Translations under genes and position numbers: made by a program
The notes under the pieces: model-generated
What the model was told of the DNA's origin: nothing
The model's database searches: none
Seen by the model: the letters and a program-made list of their open reading frames with translations, nothing else
Source of the DNA: Clostridia bacterium
GTDB lineage: Bacteria; Bacillota; Clostridia; TANB77; CAG-508
Direction of reading: 5' to 3'
Assembly: GCA_045643205.1 (NCBI GenBank)
Contig: JAZUKI010000010.1
Coordinates: forward strand, 128,001-192,000
DNA: 64,000 nucleotides
Part shown: positions 1-9,830 of the stretch, one piece after another
How the letters are laid out: each line of letters opens with the position of its first letter
Numbering within the stretch: position 1 is the first letter of the stretch

Positions 1-2
1 CA

Positions 3-317
3 GATTTATGTAAAAGTTTTGAAAAGACAGTTTCAGAAATATTAGTAGATAATGTTTTAAAAGCAGTAGAACAAACTGGAGTAAAAACAGTAGTATTAGC
101 TGGTGGCGTTAGTGCTAATTCATATATAAGAAATGAATTTTTAAATATTCAACCAAAAGGAATTAGAGTTTATATGCCAGATAAAAAGCTATGTACAGAT
201 AATGCAGCTATGATTGCTGCTGCAGGTTATTACAACTATATGGCAGGAAAAAGAGATGAATTAGATTTAAATGCACTACCAGATTTAAAACTAAACTCTT
301 TTAAAAAAGAAGAATAG
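3..317 (+). CDS. tsaD: tRNA N6-adenosine threonylcarbamoyltransferase TsaD, 3' part (5' truncated by window)
   Basis: Manual translation of frame 3: ...VVLAGGVSANSYIR...LCTDNAAMIAAAG..., the TsaD/Kae1 C-terminal motifs; ends in TAG at 315-317. Confidence 0.95.
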   Translation, partial: DLCKSFEKTVSEILVDNVLKAVEQTGVKTVVLAGGVSANSYIRNEFLNIQPKGIRVYMPDKKLCTDNAAMIAAAGYYNYMAGKRDELDLNALPDLKLNSFKKEE

Positions 318-356
318 GTAGTAGAAATGGTATCTTAATTAGAAAGAAGGTACATA

Positions 357-1076
357 ATGGCGATATTTACTATAGCGGATTTACATTTATCATTAAATCC
401 TAATATTGATAAGCCAATGAATGTTTTTGGAAAAAACTGGGAAAACTATGAAAATGTTCTTCAGGAAAATTGGAGAACAAAAGTTACAAATGATGACTTG
501 GTTATTATACCAGGAGATATTTCATGGGCAACATATTTAAAAGATATGTTATATGATTTTAAATATATTGATAATTTACCAGGAACAAAATTAATTATTA
601 AAGGAAATCATGATTATTGGTGGTCTACTCTTAATAAGATGAACAAATTTTTAGAGGAACATAACTTTAATACAATTCATTTTTTAATGAACAACTCATT
701 TAAATATAAGAATAAAATTATTGTAGGAACAAGAGGATGGAGTTTAAATGATGATATTGATGGTGAAAAAATGATGGCACGTGAGAACATTAGATTTGAA
801 CTATCAATAAAGGATGCTCTAAAAAATAAAACAGAGGATGATGAAATTATAGCAATGTTCCATTATCCACCATTCAATGACAACTATATTAAAAATGATA
901 TTTCAAATGCTTTTATAGATACTATGCAAAAATATAATATAAAAAAATGTTATTATGCACATCTACATGGGGAATCACATAAAAATGCATTTGAAGGAGC
1001 AAAGGATGGAATAGAATACAAATTAATAAGTGCTGATTATTTAGAATTCAATCCTTATCTAATTTGCAACGATTAA
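357..1076 (+). CDS. Calcineurin-like metallophosphoesterase
   Basis: Motifs DLH, GDISW, GNHDYWW, HYPP, HLH. Confidence 0.9.
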   Translation: MAIFTIADLHLSLNPNIDKPMNVFGKNWENYENVLQENWRTKVTNDDLVIIPGDISWATYLKDMLYDFKYIDNLPGTKLIIKGNHDYWWSTLNKMNKFLEEHNFNTIHFLMNNSFKYKNKIIVGTRGWSLNDDIDGEKMMARENIRFELSIKDALKNKTEDDEIIAMFHYPPFNDNYIKNDISNAFIDTMQKYNIKKCYYAHLHGESHKNAFEGAKDGIEYKLISADYLEFNPYLICND

Positions 1077-1165
1077 AAGCATAAAAATGTAATACAAAAA
1101 TAGTTAATTATACAAAACAGTTAATTAGAAAAACACATAAGATTAAATTTTACTTGAGGAGAACA

Positions 1166-2383
1166 ATGAAAAAAGTTTTAACCAAAAAAGTAATAATTTT
1201 AGCAATTATAGTTTTATTAATAGTAATTTGTATGATTGTTTTTATTAAAGCAGCAGGAAGCAAAGAACAAGAAAACAACGAGATAGACAATCAATACAGT
1301 GACCATAAACCTGTTAGACAAAATACAATAAAACTTGATAGCATAGAAAAAATTATTGCTGATAATGAAAAACTAACTAAATATGAAGAAATGGTTGAAA
1401 ACAATATAGATATTGAGTTTAAGACGCAATATAGAAAAAATGACTCACTAGCAAAAGGAAAAATTCAAATTTTGCAAGAGGGCCAAGATGGAACACAACA
1501 TTCTATAATAAAAAACACATATCAAAACAACCAATTAATCGGACAAGAAATCGTAACTTCTGAAATTATAAAACCTTCAACAGATAAAATTGTTGAAATA
1601 GGTACAGCTGAAAATAGCAATACTTATGTTCCAATCGTTGGAGATGAGTTAGAAATAGTTAGTGCTAATACAGAAATTAAAACAGATAAAAAAATTGATG
1701 CACAAGTTTTAACAACAGTTTCAATTGGAGATATTGTTAAATTAGTATTAGCTCAAGATAATTGGTATCAAGTACAAATCAATGAAATGGTTGGCTGGAT
1801 AGAAAAAACAAGTGCAATTTACTACAATCCTAATAAAGGCGATGGAGATGAAAATTTAATTATCTATTCAAAAGAACAATTAACACAAGGTTTAGGATTT
1901 AGTATGTTGATGAATAAACCTAGTGGCCTAACCTTAACACAATTCAAAAAAGTATTAACAGGTTTATCTGGAGATAAAAACAAAGTAATAGAAGAAAACG
2001 CCGAATATTTCTATTATGCAGAAACACAATACAATGTGAACGGATTGTTCCTTGCATCAATAGCAATTCACGAAAGTGCATACGGAACTTCAGATATATC
2101 TTTAAAGAAGAAAAATTTATTTGGATATCGAGCATATGATAGAGATCCAGGAGGAAGCGCATCAACATTTGCAACATATGCTGAAGGTATAGATTTAGTA
2201 GCGAGAGTTTTAGCAAAATACTATTTAAACCCTAAAGGTACACTAATTTATGGGGGCGAGGAAGCTGAAGCAACTTACTACCATGGCTCAACAATATCAG
2301 CTGTAAATGTATCATATGCAAGCGATAAAAATTGGGGCAATGCAATATATAAATATATAATTTCTTTGTACAATAGATTATAA
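1166..2383 (+). CDS. Membrane-anchored peptidoglycan hydrolase: G5 + SH3 + GH73 glucosaminidase domains
   Basis: N-terminal TM; G5-like (LAKGKIQILQEGQDG...KIVEIGT); SH3-like (WYQV...GWI); GH73 motifs AIHESAYG, NLFG, YASDKNW; GAGGAG RBS before ATG 1166. Confidence 0.85.
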   Translation: MKKVLTKKVIILAIIVLLIVICMIVFIKAAGSKEQENNEIDNQYSDHKPVRQNTIKLDSIEKIIADNEKLTKYEEMVENNIDIEFKTQYRKNDSLAKGKIQILQEGQDGTQHSIIKNTYQNNQLIGQEIVTSEIIKPSTDKIVEIGTAENSNTYVPIVGDELEIVSANTEIKTDKKIDAQVLTTVSIGDIVKLVLAQDNWYQVQINEMVGWIEKTSAIYYNPNKGDGDENLIIYSKEQLTQGLGFSMLMNKPSGLTLTQFKKVLTGLSGDKNKVIEENAEYFYYAETQYNVNGLFLASIAIHESAYGTSDISLKKKNLFGYRAYDRDPGGSASTFATYAEGIDLVARVLAKYYLNPKGTLIYGGEEAEATYYHGSTISAVNVSYASDKNWGNAIYKYIISLYNRL

Positions 2384-2445
2384 TTTATTATCTTGCTATT
2401 TTAAAAAAGTTAGTGTAATATAAATTAATAGTGGGAGGACTAGAA

Positions 2446-2862
2446 ATGAAAAAGTCTATAATAATTTTATCAATAGTTTTAATTGCTGTAAGTTTGCTAT
2501 TTTTAGGAAACTTTGTTCAAGCAACTTCAACTAATAATGGTGAAATAATTACCAATGAAACAAAAAGTCAATTAGTAGATTTAAGAGATAGTGAATTACA
2601 ATCTATGGAAGACTATAAACAAGCTTATGGAAGCGATGTTTTCGGCGTTGTAGCCTATGTTTTAAATAAAATTAGATTATGGAGTATTCCTTTAGGATTT
2701 GTAGCAATAGCTATTAGTGCTATATATCAATATGTTATTGGTATCAAACATTTGGAAAACAGAGATAAAGGTTTAAATTCAATGATAGTAGTAGTTACAT
2801 TATTTGTAATTTGTCAAATATTACCATTAGTATATACTATTATTATTAAATTTAAAGGATAA
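2446..2862 (+). CDS. Small secreted/membrane protein with TrbC/VirB2-pilin-like topology
   Basis: Signal peptide ending VQA, then two hydrophobic helices split by a short charged loop (KHLENRDKG); GGAGG RBS. Confidence 0.5.
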   Translation: MKKSIIILSIVLIAVSLLFLGNFVQATSTNNGEIITNETKSQLVDLRDSELQSMEDYKQAYGSDVFGVVAYVLNKIRLWSIPLGFVAIAISAIYQYVIGIKHLENRDKGLNSMIVVVTLFVICQILPLVYTIIIKFKG

Positions 2863-2907
2863 TATAAGATTTTTAAATTATAAATATAATTTAGAGGAGT
2901 TAAACTA

Positions 2908-5900
2908 ATGAAGGTTCTTTTTGCAGTTAGTGATGAAACTATTTCGCAAAATATAATTAAACAATATCAAGAAGATTACAAGGAAATAATTACAAGTACA
3001 AACAAGTATTTTTTCAATGCAATCATTAAAGAATTGGCGAAAGATAAAACATATGATGCAATTGTTATTAGTGAGGACTTAGAACCAGTAGCTAATAATA
3101 ATTACGATCAAATTGATAAATTTATATTAGAAAAATTAGATGATATAAGCGATGAAGCATCTAAATTAAATGGTGAAGATATTCCAATCATTTTCATTTG
3201 CTCAGATAGAAGAACAAGAAATGATGAGCTTCTAAGAAATTTATTTAGTATGGGAATATATAATGCTTTAGTTGAAAAAGATAGAAATATTCCTGAAGTA
3301 TGTAGATTACTAGATAGACCACGTGTTAAGAAAGAAGCTAAAAAATATTATTTATTAGATGGTGAAGATACAACATATAATGGTGGAAGTAACGCCTTAG
3401 TTAGTGAAGACCAAATTAATAATATATTGAATTATTATAGCCAATTAGGTGGAGCTGTAGATAAATATTCTGAAACATTTGATCACATTGCACAACAATA
3501 TGATGATTCTCAATTAAGACTAATTATAAAATTCTTACCAGAGAATGTAAAAATTGTTTTAGAGAAAAACAATGCAAAATATCAACAATTAGTAAATAAG
3601 GGAACTGTTTTATCAGATGGTTCTTATTCAGCATATCCAAAAAAACAAGAAAGCGATTTAGGAAGCATATATCAACAAGATTTAAAATCACAAAAACTTT
3701 CAAATCCTGTTGTTATACCTGAAGCAATGAACTTCCAAGCTGTTCATAGACAACCAATTAGACCAAATACTCAAACAACTATGGGACAAAGAAGACCAAT
3801 TACACCAATTAATCAACAAACAAGTCAAAATCTTGGAGCACAAAGACCACAACAACCAATGCAAAATAGTCGACCAGCACAAAATGGACAACCAATAAGA
3901 CCAATGCAACCAGGACAAAATGGACAACCAGTAAGACCAATGCAACCAGGACAAAACAATCACCCAATGAGACCAAACCCAAATGGACAAAATCCTTATG
4001 GAAATCAAATGGGTAATCAATATAGAGCAAATGGATCACAACAAGCACAAAGACCACAACCAACACAAAATAGACAACCAGTTAGACCACAACAACCAAT
4101 GCAAAATCCATTTGATATGGGTGGCCCAGCACCAATGCAAAATCCATTTGATATGGGTAGCACAGAACAAATTAATAATCCTTTTTTTAATCAAGCAAAG
4201 GAAGATACACAAAACCCTTTTGATTTAGGATCAGATGAACAAACAACTATAGAAACAGTAAATCCATTTGATTTAGGTTCTGCTGATCAATCTATGGAAC
4301 AAAAAAGTGTTGAAAATTCATCAGAAGAAGAAAAAGATTTAAATATTGATTTTTCTAGTATAGAAGTATCAGATATTACTGAAGATACTAAAATTGAAAA
4401 AACAGAAGTACCTAATATTGAGACAATTAGTCAAATAGAGGAACCTGTTGATGAAATAGACAATCAATTAGAAAACATTGATATAAATGAAGATTCGATT
4501 GTTACTAAAAGTAATGATGAAGAAATTGATGAAAAGAATGAAATAGAAGAAACATTAGATAGATTTTTCGATGCTAATGTTGAAAATAAAGTAGAAGAAC
4601 CTAAAGAAGTTAAAAAAGAATCTGAAGAGGTAGAAACTGTTAAAGAGATAGTCGAAGGGGAACCAGAAGCTGTTGAAGAGATAGTCGAAGAGAAACCAGA
4701 AGCTGTTGAAGAGATAGTCGAAGAGGAACCAGAAGCTGTTGAAGAAATAGTCGAAGAAGAGCCAGAAACTGTTGAAGAGATAGTCGAAGAAGAGCCAGAA
4801 ACTATTGAAGAAATAGTTGAAGAGAGACCAGAAGCTGTTAAAGAAGTAGTTGAAGAAGAACCAGAAATAAATGCTGAAGAATTAATAAATGAAACAACAT
4901 TTGATTTCTTTGATAATAGCGAAGAAATGATTTCTGATAAAAAGTCTATTGAAACAGATAAAAATGCAAACAACCAAAATGTAAATAACAAAAATGAAAA
5001 CATAAATGAAAACATAAATTCAAATGTTAATCAAATGGATATAGCAATGATAGATTCAATGATGGATCCAATGAACATGCCAATGGTAGATCCAATGATG
5101 AATCAAATGAATATGCCAATGATAGATCCAATGATGAATTCAATGAATATGCCAATGGTAGATCCAATGATGAATCAGATGGACATGTCAATGGTAGATC
5201 CAATGATGAATCAAATGAACATGCCAATGATAAATTCAATGAATATGCCAATGGGATATCCAATGATAGATCCAATGGACATGCAAAGTTTTCAAAACTT
5301 CAATATGAATGATTATCAACCTAATGAAGTTAACGGACCACATATAAATGGTTTCGAACAATTTCAAGGTGAAATACAACCAATAGATTATAGTGATGAT
5401 TACACAATTAGTTCTATGAGTTCATCAATGCAATCTCAAGAGCAAGATTTATCAACAATAAGTAATGTTTCTCGTGATGTTGCAGGAAATGGAAAGGTTG
5501 TAGCATTTATAGGTACATCAAAAAATGGAACATCATTTTTAGCAGACAGCGTTGGAATGATGCTATCACAAGCAGGAATTAAAACTGCAATAGTAGATAC
5601 AACTAAAAATAAAAATTCATATTATATGTTTACAAATAGTAATGCTAAATTAGGAAATATTGCTGCATCAAGTATGAAAAAATTAGCAAAAGGAGAAGTA
5701 GCAGGACTTAGCTTAAATCCATCATTAACTGTTTTCACAGGATTACCTGGAGACGTTGATGAACTTTATCTAGATGTTGACACAATTATAGATACATTAT
5801 CAATGAATTTTGATGTTGTATTATTAGATTGCGATTTCAGCACAGATGATAAATACTTTGCAAAAGCAAAAGAGTACTATTTAGTACAAACAATGGATGC

Positions 5901-6363
5901 CTTTACAATTCAACCTTTAACAAGATTTTTAAGTGAACTAAAATTAAAAGGTTTACTTGATGAAAATAAGTTAAGAATTGTAATCAATAAATATATTAAA
6001 ATGAAGAAACTTTCATATAGAATGATTATAGGTGGTTTATCAAAATATAACGAACCAGCAATGACATTACAAAGAGATTTATTTAATCCAAATAATATTC
6101 CTTATATATTGATACCATTTGATGATGAAACATACGAAGCATATCTGCAAGAAGTTGCTATGTGTGATTTTAAATTAAATAATTATTCAGATAATTTCCT
6201 AAATGCATTAGAAAAATTAAAGAATATGATAGTTAGCGAAGAAGAAAACAAAGAAAAAGAGAAGAAAGGTCGCTTCAATAAAAAGACCAAAAATGATAAT
6301 AAGACAAATTACGACAAGGAAGTGCTTCAAGGAACAAAAAACACAAATACATCAAGTAACTAG
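2908..6363 (+). CDS. Giant CpaE/TadZ-like protein: receiver-like N-domain, about 620-aa low-complexity linker, degenerate MinD/ParA-type ATPase C-domain
   Basis: N-terminal MKVLFAV...YDAIVISEDL...IPIIFI (receiver-like); C-terminal GKVVAFIGTSKNGTSFLA (deviant Walker A), KTAIVD, FDVVLLDCD (Walker B), LRIVINKY. Confidence 0.65.
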   Translation: MKVLFAVSDETISQNIIKQYQEDYKEIITSTNKYFFNAIIKELAKDKTYDAIVISEDLEPVANNNYDQIDKFILEKLDDISDEASKLNGEDIPIIFICSDRRTRNDELLRNLFSMGIYNALVEKDRNIPEVCRLLDRPRVKKEAKKYYLLDGEDTTYNGGSNALVSEDQINNILNYYSQLGGAVDKYSETFDHIAQQYDDSQLRLIIKFLPENVKIVLEKNNAKYQQLVNKGTVLSDGSYSAYPKKQESDLGSIYQQDLKSQKLSNPVVIPEAMNFQAVHRQPIRPNTQTTMGQRRPITPINQQTSQNLGAQRPQQPMQNSRPAQNGQPIRPMQPGQNGQPVRPMQPGQNNHPMRPNPNGQNPYGNQMGNQYRANGSQQAQRPQPTQNRQPVRPQQPMQNPFDMGGPAPMQNPFDMGSTEQINNPFFNQAKEDTQNPFDLGSDEQTTIETVNPFDLGSADQSMEQKSVENSSEEEKDLNIDFSSIEVSDITEDTKIEKTEVPNIETISQIEEPVDEIDNQLENIDINEDSIVTKSNDEEIDEKNEIEETLDRFFDANVENKVEEPKEVKKESEEVETVKEIVEGEPEAVEEIVEEKPEAVEEIVEEEPEAVEEIVEEEPETVEEIVEEEPETIEEIVEERPEAVKEVVEEEPEINAEELINETTFDFFDNSEEMISDKKSIETDKNANNQNVNNKNENINENINSNVNQMDIAMIDSMMDPMNMPMVDPMMNQMNMPMIDPMMNSMNMPMVDPMMNQMDMSMVDPMMNQMNMPMINSMNMPMGYPMIDPMDMQSFQNFNMNDYQPNEVNGPHINGFEQFQGEIQPIDYSDDYTISSMSSSMQSQEQDLSTISNVSRDVAGNGKVVAFIGTSKNGTSFLADSVGMMLSQAGIKTAIVDTTKNKNSYYMFTNSNAKLGNIAASSMKKLAKGEVAGLSLNPSLTVFTGLPGDVDELYLDVDTIIDTLSMNFDVVLLDCDFSTDDKYFAKAKEYYLVQTMDAFTIQPLTRFLSELKLKGLLDENKLRIVINKYIKMKKLSYRMIIGGLSKYNEPAMTLQRDLFNPNNIPYILIPFDDETYEAYLQEVAMCDFKLNNYSDNFLNALEKLKNMIVSEEENKEKEKKGRFNKKTKNDNKTNYDKEVLQGTKNTNTSSN
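3871..3990 (+). repeat. Intragenic 36-bp repeat encoding RPMQPGQNGQP(I/V), about 3 copies
   Basis: Direct reading of DNA and protein. Confidence 0.8.
4633..4863 (+). repeat. Intragenic 33-bp tandem repeat, 7 copies, encoding E(A/T)VEEIVEEEP
   Basis: GAAGCTGTTGAAGAGATAGTCGAAGAGGAACCA-type units read directly. Confidence 0.95.
5029..5283 (+). repeat. Intragenic 36-bp tandem repeat, about 6-7 copies, encoding Met-rich NQMNMPMVDPMM
   Basis: AATCAAATGAATATGCCAATGGTAGATCCAATGATG-type units read directly. Confidence 0.9.
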
Positions 6364-6466
6364 TTATAAAAAATAAACAATAAAAGATAAACAATAATTA
6401 GTTACAAAAAACAGAAAAGTAATTAGTCATAAAGAGTAATAGAATTGTAGAAAAGAGGAAAAGACA

Positions 6467-7576
6467 GTGGCTATAGCTGAATTAATTTTAATTTGTATAT
6501 TAGTAATAATTGTAATAGCTTTAATGGTTGTAAATTACAGAGTACATAATAAGATTGATACTTATACTAATTTAAACCAAAGAGTAACAGGACTTCAAGT
6601 ATTACAAGAGTTCATGGATACAATTGGAGATGATGCAACTGTTGATGAGAAACTTGGAAAAATCAACGATGTTTTAATTCAAAAGTATTCAATTAAATAT
6701 TCAACTATAGTTGTATATGATGGTGCTCAATACAAAATCAGAGCTTCAAATGTTGATCAAAAACATTGGGATACATTGAAAAATCTAGCTATAGACCCAG
6801 TATTTTCTGATAGTATAAAAACAGCTACACCAAAATACATTACAGTTGATAACGACAATGAAAAACTTCCATATCAAAAAATGGAATTTGGAAGAGCAAA
6901 ATGTGCAATATTCTTCCCATTATATATAGATAATGTATACATAGGATATTGGATTATTGAAGGAAGCATTCCTCATGAATTTGATAAGATTGATACAACA
7001 ATCTTAGATGTTGTAAGAACAAATATAGTTACAATATTAAAAGTAGTACAAAATCAACAAACAATTGAGAATATTGTTAGAGATGATATGTACTCAGGAT
7101 TAAAATCTGCAGAATATTTATATGCTGAAGGTAAAAAGAAAATTGATCAATACGCAGAATCTGCTGTATGTTTATTTAAAATAGTAAACTTACCAGAGAT
7201 CAATGAATCCGTTAGTAGAAAAACTGGTGATCATGTAATCACAGCTATTTCAAATTATATCAAGGCAAATTTAGCACCTGATTATGTTTTTGTAAGATAT
7301 ATGGGACCTAAATTTACAATTGTTTTCTCAGGAATAGACATAGAAGGCGTTATAAACTTTATGAATTCTAAGAAACTAGAACTTGAACAATTAAAAGTTC
7401 CTTATGCTGATGATTTTTATAAAGATCAACCAAAACCAGAAGAAACACAAACTGTTTCACCGATGATTAGAGCTGTAATATCAAAATATTACAAAGGAAC
7501 ATCTCTAGATGGAGCATTAAAGAAAATGGAAGAATTCATAGATTCATCTAACACACCAGACATTACTTCAGTATAA
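6467..7576 (+). CDS. Membrane-anchored GAF + degenerate GGDEF domain protein
   Basis: N-terminal TM; GAF-like ([18 protein letters not shown]); GGDEF fold with [19 protein letters not shown], and RYMGPKF in place of RYGGDEF. Confidence 0.8.
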   Translation: MAIAELILICILVIIVIALMVVNYRVHNKIDTYTNLNQRVTGLQVLQEFMDTIGDDATVDEKLGKINDVLIQKYSIKYSTIVVYDGAQYKIRASNVDQKHWDTLKNLAIDPVFSDSIKTATPKYITVDNDNEKLPYQKMEFGRAKCAIFFPLYIDNVYIGYWIIEGSIPHEFDKIDTTILDVVRTNIVTILKVVQNQQTIENIVRDDMYSGLKSAEYLYAEGKKKIDQYAESAVCLFKIVNLPEINESVSRKTGDHVITAISNYIKANLAPDYVFVRYMGPKFTIVFSGIDIEGVINFMNSKKLELEQLKVPYADDFYKDQPKPEETQTVSPMIRAVISKYYKGTSLDGALKKMEEFIDSSNTPDITSV

Positions 7577-7590
7577 CAAAGGAGATATAT

Positions 7591-7836
7591 ATGAGTAGTT
7601 TTGACGGAGAAGATTATAGTAATAATGATTTTAAAACAAAAGAAATAATGAAAGATGTGTATAAGGCATTGAAAGAAAAAGGATACAATCCTACAAATCA
7701 AATTGTTGGATATATTCTTTCTGGAGATCCAACATATATTACTAATCACAACGGAGCTCGAAACTTAATTAGAAAAATCGAAAGAGATGAATTACTAGAA
7801 AAAATGGTTAAGGAATATTTAGATATAGATGAGTAG
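7591..7836 (+). CDS. ireB: IreB/ReoM family regulatory protein (UPF0297)
   Basis: [26 protein letters not shown] signature; directly upstream of ruvX. Confidence 0.95.
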   Translation: MSSFDGEDYSNNDFKTKEIMKDVYKALKEKGYNPTNQIVGYILSGDPTYITNHNGARNLIRKIERDELLEKMVKEYLDIDE

Positions 7837-8251
7837 AATTTTAGCTATAGATTATGGAGAAGCAAGAACTGGCTTAGCAATTACAGATCCTCTAGGCTAT
7901 ACAGCACAAGGATTAGAAACAATTAACAATCAAGGAAGCGATAAAGTTATTTTAAGAAGATTAGCTGAGATTGTAGAAGAATACGAAATAAACAAATTTG
8001 TAATTGGATATCCAATTAATATGGATGGAAGTGCCAGTCAAAGATCAGAAAAAACAGAGGAATTTATTCATAAATTAAAATCAAGATTTAATACTATTGA
8101 AATTGAAAAACAAGATGAAAGATTAACGACAGTAGAAGCACACAAAACTATGAATGATTTAGATGTTAATAAAAAGAAAAAGAGAAGCATAGTAGATACA
8201 GTTGCTGCTGTATATATACTAGAAGCTTATATAAATAAACCAAAAGAGTAA
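7829..8251 (+). CDS. ruvX: YqgF/RuvX family nuclease
   Basis: [29 protein letters not shown]. Confidence 0.95.
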   Translation: MSRILAIDYGEARTGLAITDPLGYTAQGLETINNQGSDKVILRRLAEIVEEYEINKFVIGYPINMDGSASQRSEKTEEFIHKLKSRFNTIEIEKQDERLTTVEAHKTMNDLDVNKKKKRSIVDTVAAVYILEAYINKPKE

Positions 8252-8279
8252 AGTAATATATTCAAAAATAGCCTAACAC

Positions 8280-8308
8280 TTGATTTATGGCTATTTTTGT
8301 TGTAAAAT
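8280..8308 (+). promoter_or_regulatory. SigA-type promoter of efp, overlapping an inverted repeat (probable ruvX-operon terminator)
   Basis: TTGATT-17-TAAAAT within AAAAATAGCC...GGCTATTTTT. Confidence 0.55.
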
Positions 8309-8347
8309 AAACAAGTATATTAAAAAATCAAAGAGGAGGATTTTCAA

Positions 8348-8914
8348 ATGGCAAATGTATATATGGCAGGTGATTTCAGAAATGGAACAACATTTGAAAT
8401 GGATGGAAATGTATTTAGAGTAGTTGAATTCCAACACGTTAAACCTGGAAAAGGTTCAGCTTTTGTTAGAACAAAAATAAAGAATGTTATTTCTGGAGCT
8501 GTTTTAGAAAAAACTTTTAACCCTACAGAAAAATTCACAGCTGCTGAAATTGAAAAGAAAGAAATGCAATATTTATATGAAGACACAGGAATTTATTACT
8601 TCATGGACAACGAAACATATGAACAAACACCATTAAACAAAGATCAATTAGGAGATGCATTAAACTTCTTAAAAGAAAACATGAATGTTAAGTTATGTTC
8701 TTTCAAAGGAAATGTATTCTCAGTTGAATTACCTATTTCAGTTGATTTAGAAGTTAAATACACTGAACCAGGATTTGCAGGAAATACAACAACAACTTCT
8801 GGAAAACCAGCAACATTAGAAAATGGTTACGAAGTTCAAGTTCCTTTATTTGTAAATATTGGAGACGTTGTAAGAATTGATACAAGAACTGGAAAATACA
8901 TGGAAAGAGTTTAA
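8348..8914 (+). CDS. efp: Elongation factor P
   Basis: [12 protein letters not shown] loop; C-terminal [20 protein letters not shown]. Confidence 0.98.
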   Translation: MANVYMAGDFRNGTTFEMDGNVFRVVEFQHVKPGKGSAFVRTKIKNVISGAVLEKTFNPTEKFTAAEIEKKEMQYLYEDTGIYYFMDNETYEQTPLNKDQLGDALNFLKENMNVKLCSFKGNVFSVELPISVDLEVKYTEPGFAGNTTTTSGKPATLENGYEVQVPLFVNIGDVVRIDTRTGKYMERV

Positions 8915-8947
8915 TTCTACAATTAGAAATTAAATAGTATTAAAATA

Positions 8948-8993
8948 AAGAAGGTTAAAATGAAACTACTTGATAGCTTTATTTGACCTTCTT
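8948..8993. terminator. Bidirectional intrinsic terminator between convergent efp and M23 genes
   Basis: AAGAAGGTTAAA...TTTGACCTTCTT hairpin flanked by A and T tracts. Confidence 0.65.
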
Positions 8994-9007
8994 ATTTTTT
9001 ATAAATT

Positions 9008-9598
9008 TTAACTAGAACTTTCTATAAAATAATTTAAAGGATTAACTGCAACATCATTAACCTTAATCGTAAAATGCAAATGACAACCTGTTGTAGCACC
9101 ATTAGTAGGATTACCATTTGAATCTTTATAAGGATTATTTTGAATTCCATAAACATTTTTTGGACCTACTGTTCCAATAACCTGCCCTTTAATAACCTTT
9201 TGATTGGCAGAGACAAACATAATAGGAGAAAGGTGGCAATAAGAAATTTTATACATAGCATTAACTAATTGAATAGATATTGTATAGCCGCCTCCAGCAC
9301 CCCATGCAGCAAAGTAAACCATTCCATTATCTATTGCAATAACTGGAGTTCCTTCAGGAGCAGGAATATCAAGTCCAGAATGATAAGTTGAAGCACCAGC
9401 TGTTGGACTTAATCTATTACCAAAATAAGAAGAAATACTAGTATATCCAGGTATAGGCCATTCAAAACCAGAAGTAGATTTTAATTTTGTTCCATCATTT
9501 GATAAACTGGAAAAAGTAGATGTAGGAAACAAAATAAAAATAATTAGAAAGACAAGTACAATAATTGTTGAAAAATAAGAATATAAAAATCGATACAT
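9008..9598 (-). CDS. M23 family metallopeptidase (peptidoglycan hydrolase)
   Basis: HSGLD (HxxxD), YCHL, TGCHLHF; AAGGAG RBS before ATG at 9598. Confidence 0.9.
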   Translation of the reverse strand: MYRFLYSYFSTIIVLVFLIIFILFPTSTFSSLSNDGTKLKSTSGFEWPIPGYTSISSYFGNRLSPTAGASTYHSGLDIPAPEGTPVIAIDNGMVYFAAWGAGGGYTISIQLVNAMYKISYCHLSPIMFVSANQKVIKGQVIGTVGPKNVYGIQNNPYKDSNGNPTNGATTGCHLHFTIKVNDVAVNPLNYFIESSS

Positions 9599-9830
9599 AT
9601 AGCTCCTTTTAAAAATAAATATACCAAATAATGGAAAAATAAACACAAAAAGTAATTGAAATTAAAAGAAAAAAGTCAACATAAAGTAACAATAAGCAAA
9701 TTACAAGTTTAATAAATTTTTTTATAGTAAAAAAATCTTACTAAAATTACAAAAATTCACATTAAAAATCGTTGATTTAAATATGGCGGTGTGTTAAAAT
9801 TCAATTATGTTTTGAGTTTGGAGAGTTAGT

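Noticed and set aside
3700-5275. Minus-strand and alternative-frame ORFs inside the 1151-aa gene (and similar ones inside polC, dnaE, fhs, mreB, fadD)
   Set aside because: Shadow ORFs caused by repeats and codon bias; no RBS or recognisable motifs
9738-9761. WalR box for the M23 peptidase (minus-strand TGTGAA/TGTAAT/AGTAAG half-sites)
   Set aside because: Half-site period is 9-10 nt rather than 11 and the matches are weak in AT-rich DNA
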